Shown here piece by piece: positions 8,494-17,010 of a stretch of 48,751 bases of DNA. The stretch lies in the NCBI GenBank assembly GCA_035288925.1, contig DATDYS010000018.1, positions 1-48,751 on the forward strand. Direction: 5' to 3'. Under the pieces are notes generated by a model, which saw only the letters and a program-made list of their open reading frames with translations, had not been told where the DNA came from and did not search any database. This DNA comes from Candidatus Nanoarchaeia archaeon (GTDB taxonomy: Archaea; Nanobdellota; Nanobdellia; Woesearchaeales; GW2011-AR4). Every line of letters begins with the position of its first letter. The stretch's first letter is position 1. A program made the position numbers and the translations under genes.

Positions 8494-11043
8494 TCAGCCT
8501 ACTGATCCTTCCATGTTCATTGCTATCAGCCTGTTCAGCTCAATAGCATATTCCAAAGGCAGCTCTTTCGTGAATGGCTCCATGAATCCTGAAACTACCA
8601 TTGTCAAAGCCTGGTCCTCGCTTAGGCCGCGGCTCATCAAATAGAACAGCTGCTCCTCGCCGACTTTTCCGACAGTCGCCTCATGCTCGATGTTAACATT
8701 CTTTTCATTTATTTCCATGTAAGGGACCGTGTCAGAAGCTGATTTGTCATCCAGAATTAGGGCATCGCAGGTCACATGGGACTTTACGCCGTGGCAGCCT
8801 TCTGCAACTTTTAGCAATCCGCGGTAAGTTGTCCTTCCGCCGTCTTTGCTGACTGACTTTGAAACAATTCTGGATGTCGTGTTCGGGGCATAATGCAATA
8901 TTTTTCCGCCCGCATCCTGATGCTGGCCCTTGCCCGCAAAAGCAACGCTTAAAATTTCAGCTCTTGCCCTTTCGCCAAGCAAATAAATTGACGGGTACTT
9001 CATCGTGATTTTGCTCCCTAAATTCCCGTCAACCCAGAAAACTGTTGCGTCTTCGTAGGCGAATGCCCTTTTTGTCACGAGATTGTAAACGTTATTGCTC
9101 CAGTTCTGGATTGTCGTGTACTGGATTCTTGAGCCTTTTAATGCAATTAATTCAACAACTGCTGAATGCAATGAGTCTGAGGAATAGATTGGGGCTGTGC
9201 AATTATGAACTGCAATTCCATGAGCAACGTAGGATTCATCTTCCGCAACGCTGAAATTGTAAACTTCAACATCACTTACAGTTTCTTTTCTTATTTCTTT
9301 AATTGGAACAAATGCGTAATTTTCTGTTATTTGAGCATAAGAAAGCAATTCTTGTTTTAATAATAATTCAGAATTGTTTTCACTTTGATTAATATTTTTA
9401 CCAACAACATTTGCAAATTTACCTAAATAAGTACCTCCGACATAAACTACAAATGAATTATTTCTTGGAGCTTTTTTATTCCAAACATTTATTGATGCAA
9501 AAATATTCAATCTTAACAATAAATCCCTTGTTTGTCCAGCGAGCGATTCCGAAATAGTGTTAATTCTAAACATCCTCTTAAATCCCCATGAATATTCTTT
9601 ATTAGTGAAGCTTCCATCCCCGCTCCAGTAACCTTTGATAAATTCCGCCTGCTTTTCAGGAGCTTCAAGCATAAGCCATTTTGGAAGTGATTTATTTTTA
9701 GCTCCGGAATTAAATTCCTGCTTGAATATTCTGGCTGCAACAGTGCTGCATAACACTAGTGATATTCCGTTTTTGTATTCTTTGTATTCCAATGGAGATT
9801 TTCCAAAATATTTTTCAAGCAACTCTGCAACATCATCCAAATATTTTCTTTCATTTTTGTTAAAGGTGAAAGATAAGTAATTTTTTCCCATTACGCTGCC
9901 TTCCGCCATGTAATAGCCAACTAACCTAAAGAAATCCTTGTCTGTGCTTATTTTAAATTGGATTGTCTTTGCAGGATGTCTTCCTCTTCCGATTTTTACT
10001 GAGAAGAATCTTTCATCTTGGGAAACAACAGTTCTTTCAATTGGAATTGCAACATAATCTAATTTCTCTAAGTCTTTTGACTCAACCCAGTCTAGCTTCC
10101 ATTCTGTATTTTTATATTCAGCTTTTTGCCTCTTGACTGCAAGAACTGGATGCCCCCCGGTAATCTTTATTTTTTGCCTTGAGTCGCCATAATAATTTAT
10201 TGTGCAAATCACTCCATCGTGCTTTCTTTTCATTGTCTTGTAAACTTTTTTGTAAGAATGCGTATGTGTGAAAACAACATCTCCTTCTTTCACATCCTCG
10301 ATTTTCTTCATACCATCAGAAGTTTTTATTGGAGCACCTTTTTCAAAGCACCCCTCGATATAATGCACGCTTGAGCCCGGCTCAGCGATAATTAAAGTCC
10401 TTTCAAACTGGCCTGCATTTTTTGCATTTATCCTGAAATATGCCTGCAGAGGCAAATCGACCTTGACGCCGGCCGGAACGTAAACAAAGCTTCCGCCGGA
10501 CCATACTGCTGAATTCAATGCAGCCAATTTGTTGTCATTATAGGGAATCACAGTTCCAAAATATTTTTTCACGATTTCCGGATACTGCTTTAAGCCGTCG
10601 TCCATTCCCAGGAAAATGACTCCTTTGTCTTCCAAGTCTTTTCTTATCTTGTGGTACACAAGCTCGCTTTCGTACTGCGCTCCAACGCCTCCTAAAAATT
10701 TCTGCTCGGCTTCCGGAATTCCCAATTTGTTGAAAGTGTCTTTAATGTAAGAAGGAACATCATCCCAGCTTGTTTCTGACTTGTCAGAGGGCTTTACGTA
10801 ATAATGAATATTTTCAAAATCTATCTGGTTTAAATCTGCCCCCCACTGGGGCATCGGCCTTTTCTTGTATTCCTCAAAAGATTTCAAGCGGAACTTCAAC
10901 ATCCATTCAGGCTCATTTTTCATCCTGGATATTTCTTCAATCAGCTCTTTTGTCAATCCTTTTCCTGACTTGAAAATGTAGTCTTCCTTGTCATGAAAGC
11001 CGTACTTGCTGTAATCCTTTTCGAATGTTTGCTCCTGTGCCAT
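8494..11043 (-). CDS. sufB: Fe-S scaffold SufB interrupted by an in-frame intein (849 aa; 466-aa exteins)
   Basis: The extein sequence ...GSSVHYIEG / CTAPIYSSDSLHSAVVE... rejoins the conserved EGC(T/S)AP motif. The C-terminal SufB signature is EHEATVGKVGEEQLFYLMSRGL. Confidence 0.9.
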   Translation of the reverse strand: MAQEQTFEKDYSKYGFHDKEDYIFKSGKGLTKELIEEISRMKNEPEWMLKFRLKSFEEYKKRPMPQWGADLNQIDFENIHYYVKPSDKSETSWDDVPSYIKDTFNKLGIPEAEQKFLGGVGAQYESELVYHKIRKDLEDKGVIFLGMDDGLKQYPEIVKKYFGTVIPYNDNKLAALNSAVWSGGSFVYVPAGVKVDLPLQAYFRINAKNAGQFERTLIIAEPGSSVHYIEGCFEKGAPIKTSDGMKKIEDVKEGDVVFTHTHSYKKVYKTMKRKHDGVICTINYYGDSRQKIKITGGHPVLAVKRQKAEYKNTEWKLDWVESKDLEKLDYVAIPIERTVVSQDERFFSVKIGRGRHPAKTIQFKISTDKDFFRLVGYYMAEGSVMGKNYLSFTFNKNERKYLDDVAELLEKYFGKSPLEYKEYKNGISLVLCSTVAARIFKQEFNSGAKNKSLPKWLMLEAPEKQAEFIKGYWSGDGSFTNKEYSWGFKRMFRINTISESLAGQTRDLLLRLNIFASINVWNKKAPRNNSFVVYVGGTYLGKFANVVGKNINQSENNSELLLKQELLSYAQITENYAFVPIKEIRKETVSDVEVYNFSVAEDESYVAHGIAVHNCTAPIYSSDSLHSAVVELIALKGSRIQYTTIQNWSNNVYNLVTKRAFAYEDATVFWVDGNLGSKITMKYPSIYLLGERARAEILSVAFAGKGQHQDAGGKILHYAPNTTSRIVSKSVSKDGGRTTYRGLLKVAEGCHGVKSHVTCDALILDDKSASDTVPYMEINEKNVNIEHEATVGKVGEEQLFYLMSRGLSEDQALTMVVSGFMEPFTKELPLEYAIELNRLIAMNMEGSVG
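9202..10350 (-). mobile_element. 383-aa intein with LAGLIDADG homing-endonuclease domain inside sufB
   Basis: It starts CFEKGAPIKTSDG (Cys1, codon 10350-10348). Block B is ITGGHP. The two LAGLIDADG motifs are LVGYYMAEGSV and FIKGYWSGDGSF. It ends VAHGIAVHN (Asn codon 9204-9202), followed by the +1 Cys of CTAP. Confidence 0.85.
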
Positions 11044-11121
11044 TCTATTAATTTTTATTTACTGATTGATTTTTTTTATTTTTCTTACTAGTGATTTATA
11101 AAAAATTTAGGAATATGCTTC

Positions 11122-11523
11122 TTAACTTCTTGTTTTAACTGCCAGCAGCCCTTTATCAAAACACACATTGCAGGCAGACAGCTCTTTTGACTGGGAGCGG
11201 TGCAGTTCGCATAAAACCTTTCTGACTTTTGTAAGGCTGCTTATCCTGTACATTTCCCCCATCATCTTTTGCTTGCTGCTCTTGCCTGACAAAACTTTTG
11301 CCGCAGACTTCCTTATCTCATCGATAATGTCCTCGCTGAAAACAACTTCCGTTGCCCTTTTTGAGTGCTGGTACTGCGAAACAGCGGCTTCAGTTAAGCC
11401 TAGAAGCCTAGCCGCGTCTTTCTGGCTAAGGTTGTGCTCTTTGATGAAAATTTTAGCCAATTCCCTTCTGATAGCCGGCAGAATATACCTGACTTCAATC
11501 TCCTGCGGCATAGTTTCCTGCAT
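11122..11523 (-). CDS. HTH (XRE-like) regulator with C-terminal Cys motif, first gene of the suf cluster
   Basis: LSQKDAARLLGLTEAAVSQYQ helix-turn-helix. C-terminal pattern C-x12-C-x2-C (LCELHRSQSKELSACNVC). The first ATG at 11523 lies 21 nt below the TATA box; the track start at 11535 is TTG. Confidence 0.6.
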   Translation of the reverse strand: MQETMPQEIEVRYILPAIRRELAKIFIKEHNLSQKDAARLLGLTEAAVSQYQHSKRATEVVFSEDIIDEIRKSAAKVLSGKSSKQKMMGEMYRISSLTKVRKVLCELHRSQSKELSACNVCFDKGLLAVKTRS

Positions 11524-11543
11524 AATATTGTACAATAAGGAAT

Positions 11544-11555
11544 CTATATATAAAG
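11544..11555 (-). promoter_or_regulatory. TATA box for the HTH regulator / suf operon
   Basis: The minus strand reads ctttatatatag, 21 nt upstream of the ATG at 11523. Confidence 0.5.
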
Positions 11556-11658
11556 TTAACGATTGTTAACTTATTTGCAAAGATGATTATGATAAAATAA
11601 TGGATAGTTGTAGGACTAATTATTTATAACTACTGTATAATAACAAAAAATAGTAAGG

Positions 11659-11671
11659 TTTATATATAAAG
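11659..11671 (+). promoter_or_regulatory. TATA box for the radical SAM gene (divergent from the suf promoter)
   Basis: tttatatataaag ends 21 nt upstream of the ATG at 11692. Confidence 0.5.
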
Positions 11672-11691
11672 AAAAACTACTATAAAGCATA

Positions 11692-12603
11692 ATGGCAGAA
11701 GGGACCGTAGATTCAAAACTAAAGAGCACAACACCCACAATCAAGGAAAGCAGGGTCTTGGATATTCTAAGTACTGGTAATCTAAAAAGGCTTGTACTGC
11801 AATTTACACCAGATTCGTTGGAAGATTTAATAAAAGTGATTGGCCATGAGGCAATGAGTCTTGCCAATTATAATCGTTTTGGCATGTTTTCCAATATAGC
11901 AATTGAAACCACTTCAATATGTAATAGGCGCTGCGATTATTGTCCAGTTTCTATAAGTGACCTTTATCAAAGCAGGCCGCTTAAGCCAATGGATGATAAG
12001 ACTTATCATAACGTGATTGACCAGCTTGCGGCTGTAAACTACCAGGGAACTGTGGCTCTGCAGCACTATGGCGAGCCTCTGCTTGATCCAAAACTGGAAT
12101 CGCGAATTACTTACGCAAGAAAGCAGTTGCCAAATGCCTTCCTGGTCATGAACTCAAACGGCGACAGGCTTGACCCCGGGCGTTTTGTTAGGCTCGTCAA
12201 AGCAGGCATTGACTTAATACACGTAACAAACCACAATAAAAATGGCGAGCTGGAGCCAAGCCTGCAAGCACTGCAGGCTTACCTTAAAGGCCATCCTGAA
12301 CTGCGCAAGCATTTCAAAATGCGGGCTGGTGTCAGCTCATACTACAACAGGGGAGGCTTAATTGAAGCGCAGAATCCCAGAAAGCTTACGCATTGTGTAG
12401 ATGAGTCGTACAGTGCAAATGTAGATGTTGAGGGAAATGTAATACTTTGTGCCAATGATTATGTAGGGGATCACAGATATGGAAATGTAAATGAGAAAGG
12501 CATAGTTTCGATATGGTATGGGAAAGAATTTAAGGACTTAAGATCACGCAAAAAGCGCGGGCACTTTGATCTGGATATTTGCAAAAAGTGTGTAGGTGAA
12601 TAA
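11692..12603 (+). CDS. Radical SAM enzyme with C-terminal auxiliary-Cys (twitch/SPASM-like) region
   Basis: CNRRCDYC (CxxxCxxC), HYGEPLLDP, C-terminal CANDYVGDHRYGNV...CKKC. Visibly higher G+C than its neighbours. Confidence 0.75.
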   Translation: MAEGTVDSKLKSTTPTIKESRVLDILSTGNLKRLVLQFTPDSLEDLIKVIGHEAMSLANYNRFGMFSNIAIETTSICNRRCDYCPVSISDLYQSRPLKPMDDKTYHNVIDQLAAVNYQGTVALQHYGEPLLDPKLESRITYARKQLPNAFLVMNSNGDRLDPGRFVRLVKAGIDLIHVTNHNKNGELEPSLQALQAYLKGHPELRKHFKMRAGVSSYYNRGGLIEAQNPRKLTHCVDESYSANVDVEGNVILCANDYVGDHRYGNVNEKGIVSIWYGKEFKDLRSRKKRGHFDLDICKKCVGE

Positions 12604-12604
12604 A

Positions 12605-13315
12605 ATGAAACTTGACGAAATACTTAAAGAAAAACATGGGCGAACAAAAGAGTCTGATCAGCTGTTTAGTCCAAAAAGTAACCTGGGCAAAAAAACCGGC
12701 AGAGTTATGAACCATCTGAAAGTTGCAGCCGATTCCTCAGGTTCTCGAGCATTCCGCATTGCAGCTTATGGGGGTATTGGCGCTGTTGCAGCAGCATACT
12801 TGGCGAGTGGTTATATTAGCAGAGCAGGTGAATATGCTATAAATATCATAACAAATGTGCCTGGCCTTAAGGCACTCCCCCTTAAAGCAAAAGTGGGAAT
12901 TACGAGCCTTGCTCTTGCAACAGGTGGTGCTGTTTATGTTGGAAATGTGCCAGCCGATAATCACCAAAATCAATCTCAGCAAACAATCGAAGCAAAACTG
13001 CCTATAGAAACGTACAGGCTTACAGAAAATGATGTAAAAATTCACAGGAGAGATATCTTTTATGGCCTGCTCGAGAAAAAATTTGGATACCAAATGCATG
13101 ACAATAAAGGAAGATACGTGCCGCTTAGAACCACAGAGCACCATAAAAGCAACCACGAGACATTCCTTGATGCATTTAAGCGCCTGAATCCGGATCTTTA
13201 TAGCAAACTAAAAGATAGAGAGCGCAAAGCCAGACGCCCAGGTGATAGCATTTTCCAATACCTAAGGCCAGGAGACACCATATCGTTTTATACTGCCGAT
13301 ACGAAGCCGAAGTGA
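12605..13315 (+). CDS. Hypothetical protein with two predicted TM helices and a possible LysM-like C-terminus
   Basis: The ATG lies 1 nt after the radical SAM stop. Hydrophobic segments are FRIAAYGGIGAVAAAYLASGYI and GITSLALATGGAVYVG. The C-terminal ...LRPGDTISFY is weakly LysM-like. Confidence 0.45.
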   Translation: MKLDEILKEKHGRTKESDQLFSPKSNLGKKTGRVMNHLKVAADSSGSRAFRIAAYGGIGAVAAAYLASGYISRAGEYAINIITNVPGLKALPLKAKVGITSLALATGGAVYVGNVPADNHQNQSQQTIEAKLPIETYRLTENDVKIHRRDIFYGLLEKKFGYQMHDNKGRYVPLRTTEHHKSNHETFLDAFKRLNPDLYSKLKDRERKARRPGDSIFQYLRPGDTISFYTADTKPK

Positions 13316-13345
13316 CTCTCTCTACAAATTAAATTTTAACTTTGA

Positions 13346-13807
13346 TCAAAGAAGCCAATGCACTCCAAAATAAGCCAAAACTCCCAGGACTGCGCCCGCC
13401 AACACATCCATAAAATCGTGTTTTCTCAAATAAACTCTTGAAAATAAAATCCCAAGCGCAAGCACGGCCAAAATAACTGAAATGGAAATATTATTAAAAT
13501 AATAAGCGAAAAACACCGACAGGAAACCGGTTCTTGCGGCATGCAGGCTTGGAAAAGAAGCCGCATCTATTTTTTCTATTACATTGCGATAAGCAAATTT
13601 ATCGGGCCTGTTTTTGAAATAAACCAATCTTATGATTATGGTAAAAAGGTACATTAAAATTACTCCAACAAACAATGTTCCCAGGGAAGCGTAATCATTC
13701 AGCGCAAAAAACAGCATCATCAAAAGAACGTAAAAAATCAGGCTGCCGAGCGCAGAAATGTCCCGGAAAAAATCGCGCTTCTGCCTTTCAGCGAATTCAG
13801 ATTGCAT
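13346..13807 (-). CDS. PAP2-family membrane phosphatase
   Basis: KNRPDKF, FPSLHA and SRVYLRKHDFMD match the three PAP2 motifs (KxxxxxxRP, PSGH, SRxxxxxHxxxD). Confidence 0.75.
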   Translation of the reverse strand: MQSEFAERQKRDFFRDISALGSLIFYVLLMMLFFALNDYASLGTLFVGVILMYLFTIIIRLVYFKNRPDKFAYRNVIEKIDAASFPSLHAARTGFLSVFFAYYFNNISISVILAVLALGILFSRVYLRKHDFMDVLAGAVLGVLAYFGVHWLL

Positions 13808-13826
13808 AATGGATTAGTTTAAAGGG

Positions 13827-13837
13827 TTATATAAAAA
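13827..13837 (-). promoter_or_regulatory. TATA box for the PAP2 gene
   Basis: The minus strand reads tttttatataa, about 20 nt upstream of the ATG at 13807. Confidence 0.45.
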
Positions 13838-13852
13838 TGTTGTTGATATAAA

Positions 13853-13864
13853 CTTTTAAATAAT
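13853..13864 (+). promoter_or_regulatory. TATA-like box for the E1-like gene
   Basis: cttttaaataat ends 20 nt upstream of the ATG at 13884. Confidence 0.4.
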
Positions 13865-13883
13865 CACCGGATTAACTGCCATT

Positions 13884-14870
13884 ATGCGCTACATACGGCA
13901 GGAAATATTCAGCGAAATCGGAAAGAAAGGGCAGTCTAAATTAAGAAAAAGCGCCGTTGCAGTAGTTGGGCTGGGCGCATTGGGCAGCGTTGCCGCTGAA
14001 CTGCTAACGAGAGCCGGAATTAGAAAATTGATTTTGGTTGACAGGGATATTGTTGAAGTATCCAATTTACAGAGACAGGCATTGTACGGCGAATCCGATA
14101 TTGGAAAGCCTAAAGCAATTGCAGCTAAAGAAAAGTTAAACGATATTAATTCAGAAGTTAAAATTAAGATTTTTATTGATGACTTAAATCATAATAATAT
14201 AAGAAAAATAATAGATATTGAAAATGCCAATTTAATTTTGGATTGCACGGATAATCTTGAAACGAGATTTCTCATTAATGATTTTTCAATAAAGAATAAA
14301 GTGCCATTCATCCATTCCTCTGTAGTCGGAAGCAAAGGGTATATTTTAAATTTAGTTCCAGATAAAAATAACCCGTGCCTGAGATGTTTCCTGAAAGAAG
14401 CTGCGCAGCTGGATACATGCGAAACAGCCGGGGTTCTGAACACAATAACCCGCATAATACCATCAATTCAGGTAAACGAGGCAATTAAAATTTTACTGGG
14501 CAAAGATTATGAAAAAAATCTCTTATTTTTTGACGTATGGAAAAATGAGTTAATGAAAATTAAAGTAAATAAAAACAAAAAATGTGAATGCTGCGTCAAA
14601 AATAATTTTGAATATTTGAGCGGGAAAAAATCTTCCAAAACAACAAAAATGTGCGGAAATGATGTTTTCCAGATTAAAAATAAGTCAATTGATAAAAAAG
14701 AGTTTGATAATTTAAAAAATAGATTGAAGAAAATCGGGAAAGTGACTGATTTTGATTATTGCGTTAATTTTGACAACAAATTAACAATATTTCAGGACGG
14801 AAGGGCGTTGTTAAAAGCTAAGGATGAAAAAGAGGCAAAGTCTTTGTATTCTAGGTTTGTGGGGAATTAA
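13884..14870 (+). CDS. ThiF/MoeB/UbaA-type E1-like adenylyltransferase
   Basis: VVGLGALGSVAAELLTRAGIRKLILVDRDIVEVSNLQRQ, plus CLRC and CECC zinc pairs. Confidence 0.8.
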   Translation: MRYIRQEIFSEIGKKGQSKLRKSAVAVVGLGALGSVAAELLTRAGIRKLILVDRDIVEVSNLQRQALYGESDIGKPKAIAAKEKLNDINSEVKIKIFIDDLNHNNIRKIIDIENANLILDCTDNLETRFLINDFSIKNKVPFIHSSVVGSKGYILNLVPDKNNPCLRCFLKEAAQLDTCETAGVLNTITRIIPSIQVNEAIKILLGKDYEKNLLFFDVWKNELMKIKVNKNKKCECCVKNNFEYLSGKKSSKTTKMCGNDVFQIKNKSIDKKEFDNLKNRLKKIGKVTDFDYCVNFDNKLTIFQDGRALLKAKDEKEAKSLYSRFVGN

Positions 14871-14879
14871 TATAGTAGC

Positions 14880-15836
14880 TTAACAATTGCATTCCTTGAT
14901 GACTTTCTTAATCAAACTCGCAGATTTCCTCAGCTGTTTTTTCTCAACAGAATTCAAAGGCATTACAATATGCTCTTTGATTCCATTTCGGTTTACAATC
15001 GTCGGAACGCTCAGGCAGACATCGCTTACGCCATGGTAATCCGAAAGATAAGAAGACAAAGCAAGAACCTCGTTTTGGTTTGACAGGATGGATTTCACAA
15101 TCTTTGAAACCCCAAGGCCTATCGCATAATAAGTTGCGCCTTTTTTTGCAATAATTTCATAGGCTGCATTTTTCGTTTCGGCATAAATCTTGTCCATGGA
15201 TTTTTTGCTGTATTTTTTGAATTTCTTTAATGAAACTCCTGCAATGTTTGCAGTGCTCCAGACCGGAAATGACGAATCGCCGTGCTCGCCCATTATGTAG
15301 GCATGCACGCTGTTTGGGCTGACTTCGAAATATTGCCCGAGCATGTACCTGAATCGCGATGTATCCAAGATTGTTCCGGAGCCGATAACTTTATGATTTG
15401 GGAATTTTGAATATTTCAAAGTTAAATATGTCAAGACATCAAGAGGATTTGAGACAACCAATAGAATGCAGTCATCATTATTTGAAGTAATCTGAGGGAT
15501 CATTTCCCTGAAAATTTCGGAATTTTTCCTTACCAAATCAATTCTCGTCTCGCCCGGCTTCTGGTGCGCGCCTGCTGTTATGACAACTATATCTGCATCC
15601 CTGCATAAGCTGTAATCGCTTCCGAAAGAAATTTTTGTATTTGGCTTGAACTGCAGCCCGTGCTGCAGATCCATTGCCTCGCCCTCAGCTTTTTCCTTGT
15701 TTACATCAATTAATGTAATTTCAGAAGCGGCGCCTTCAATCAGGCACGCATAGGCTGCCGTGCTTCCCACGAAACCTGCGCCTACAATGGCTATCTTAGA
15801 ACTGTGATTCCCCTTTTTTTGCTCCAATTTAAACAC
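14880..15836 (-). CDS. ldh: L-lactate dehydrogenase (LDH/MDH family)
   Basis: IAIVGAGFVGS Rossmann motif. ITAGAHQKPGETRIDL has Gln at the substrate-specificity position. GEHGDS. GTG start at 15836 and no upstream ATG. Confidence 0.8.
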   Translation of the reverse strand: MFKLEQKKGNHSSKIAIVGAGFVGSTAAYACLIEGAASEITLIDVNKEKAEGEAMDLQHGLQFKPNTKISFGSDYSLCRDADIVVITAGAHQKPGETRIDLVRKNSEIFREMIPQITSNNDDCILLVVSNPLDVLTYLTLKYSKFPNHKVIGSGTILDTSRFRYMLGQYFEVSPNSVHAYIMGEHGDSSFPVWSTANIAGVSLKKFKKYSKKSMDKIYAETKNAAYEIIAKKGATYYAIGLGVSKIVKSILSNQNEVLALSSYLSDYHGVSDVCLSVPTIVNRNGIKEHIVMPLNSVEKKQLRKSASLIKKVIKECNC

Positions 15837-15875
15837 AATTAAACTTTCAGTAAGCTAATATATTAAGCTTTCCAA

Positions 15876-16838
15876 TCAGACTAACATGCTTTGCAGAGCA
15901 TTAAACAGGTATCCGGTAAATATTATTCCAAAAGTCACGATTCCAAAAAATATTGCAATAAGTTTTAGCTTCATAGCCCTTCTAAGGATTATAGCTTCAG
16001 GAAAGCTCAGCGCGGATATGGCCATCATAAAAGCAAGGGCAGTGCCGATTGGTATTCCCTTCTGGAACAAGGCTAACGCAATCGGAACAATTGCCGCGCA
16101 GCTTCCATACATTGGAACTCCGATTAAAGTTGCAACCGGGACAGTAAATATTCCTCCTTGGCCTATCAGCCTATGAATTAATTCTTCCGGAACATAATTG
16201 TGGATTACTGCGCCTGCAGCGACCCCAACTAAAATCCATATCCATAATTTTTTAACAATTGAAAATGCCTCATTTATTCCAAACAGAAATCTGCTTTTTA
16301 TATTCCTGTTCAAATCTTCACTTTTTATTTTCGGCTTTTTTGAAATCAGGTCTTTAACTAAATATTTGCTTAGATTCATCTTTCCCAGCATCATCCCAGA
16401 TATTGTTCCGATTAAAATCCCGCTGATGACATAAGCTAATGTTATTTTCCAGCCAAAAAATCCAAGCATCAGGACAACAAGATATTCATTTATTAGGGGG
16501 GAGGTTATCAGAAACGAAAATGAAACGCCCAACGGAATCTGCGCTTCAAGAAAGCTCAAAAATATTGGAACAGACGAGCAGGAGCAGAATGGCGTTACTG
16601 CGCCAAAAACTGACGCAAGCAGGTTTCCAGCCCCTGCTTTCCTGCCGCTCAGCCATTTTTTTATTTTGTCCTCGGAAATATAAGTTCTTAGTACGCCCAT
16701 TATAAATATCATAAGAAATAAGAGGAATACAATCTTTATAGAATCATAAACAAAATAATTTATTGATTCGGAATACTTTAAGCTTGGATTCAATCCTATG
16801 CCATTATACAGTCCCCAGTCAACTATTTGCTGCAGCAC
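15876..16838 (-). CDS. Predicted permease (COG0701/ArsP-like, two-Cys motif)
   Basis: 320 aa, polytopic, with TPFCSCSSVPIF. GTG start overlapping the stop of the upstream Cys-rich micro-ORF. Confidence 0.6.
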   Translation of the reverse strand: MLQQIVDWGLYNGIGLNPSLKYSESINYFVYDSIKIVFLLFLMIFIMGVLRTYISEDKIKKWLSGRKAGAGNLLASVFGAVTPFCSCSSVPIFLSFLEAQIPLGVSFSFLITSPLINEYLVVLMLGFFGWKITLAYVISGILIGTISGMMLGKMNLSKYLVKDLISKKPKIKSEDLNRNIKSRFLFGINEAFSIVKKLWIWILVGVAAGAVIHNYVPEELIHRLIGQGGIFTVPVATLIGVPMYGSCAAIVPIALALFQKGIPIGTALAFMMAISALSFPEAIILRRAMKLKLIAIFFGIVTFGIIFTGYLFNALQSMLV

Positions 16839-16954
16839 GAGCCTTCTTTTCCGTCACCATCGCAGCAGCATTCCTTTTCCTTTGACTTCTTTTCCATTTT
16901 TTTGTCAAGATTCTCAACAAATTTTCCAAATATTCCTTTTTTCTTTTCAGCCAT
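16823..16954 (-). CDS. 43-aa Cys-rich micro-protein (below the ORF-track cutoff)
   Basis: My translation is MAEKKKGIFGKFVENLDKKMEKKSKEKECCCDGDGKEGSCCSK. The SD-like ggagtgat lies 6 nt upstream. Its stop overlaps the permease start. Confidence 0.5.
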   Translation of the reverse strand: MAEKKKGIFGKFVENLDKKMEKKSKEKECCCDGDGKEGSCCSK

Positions 16955-17010
16955 TTAAATCACTCCAATAATTTTCTTATTTTTTCCTTTTCCACAGGCA
17001 AGCCGGAAAT

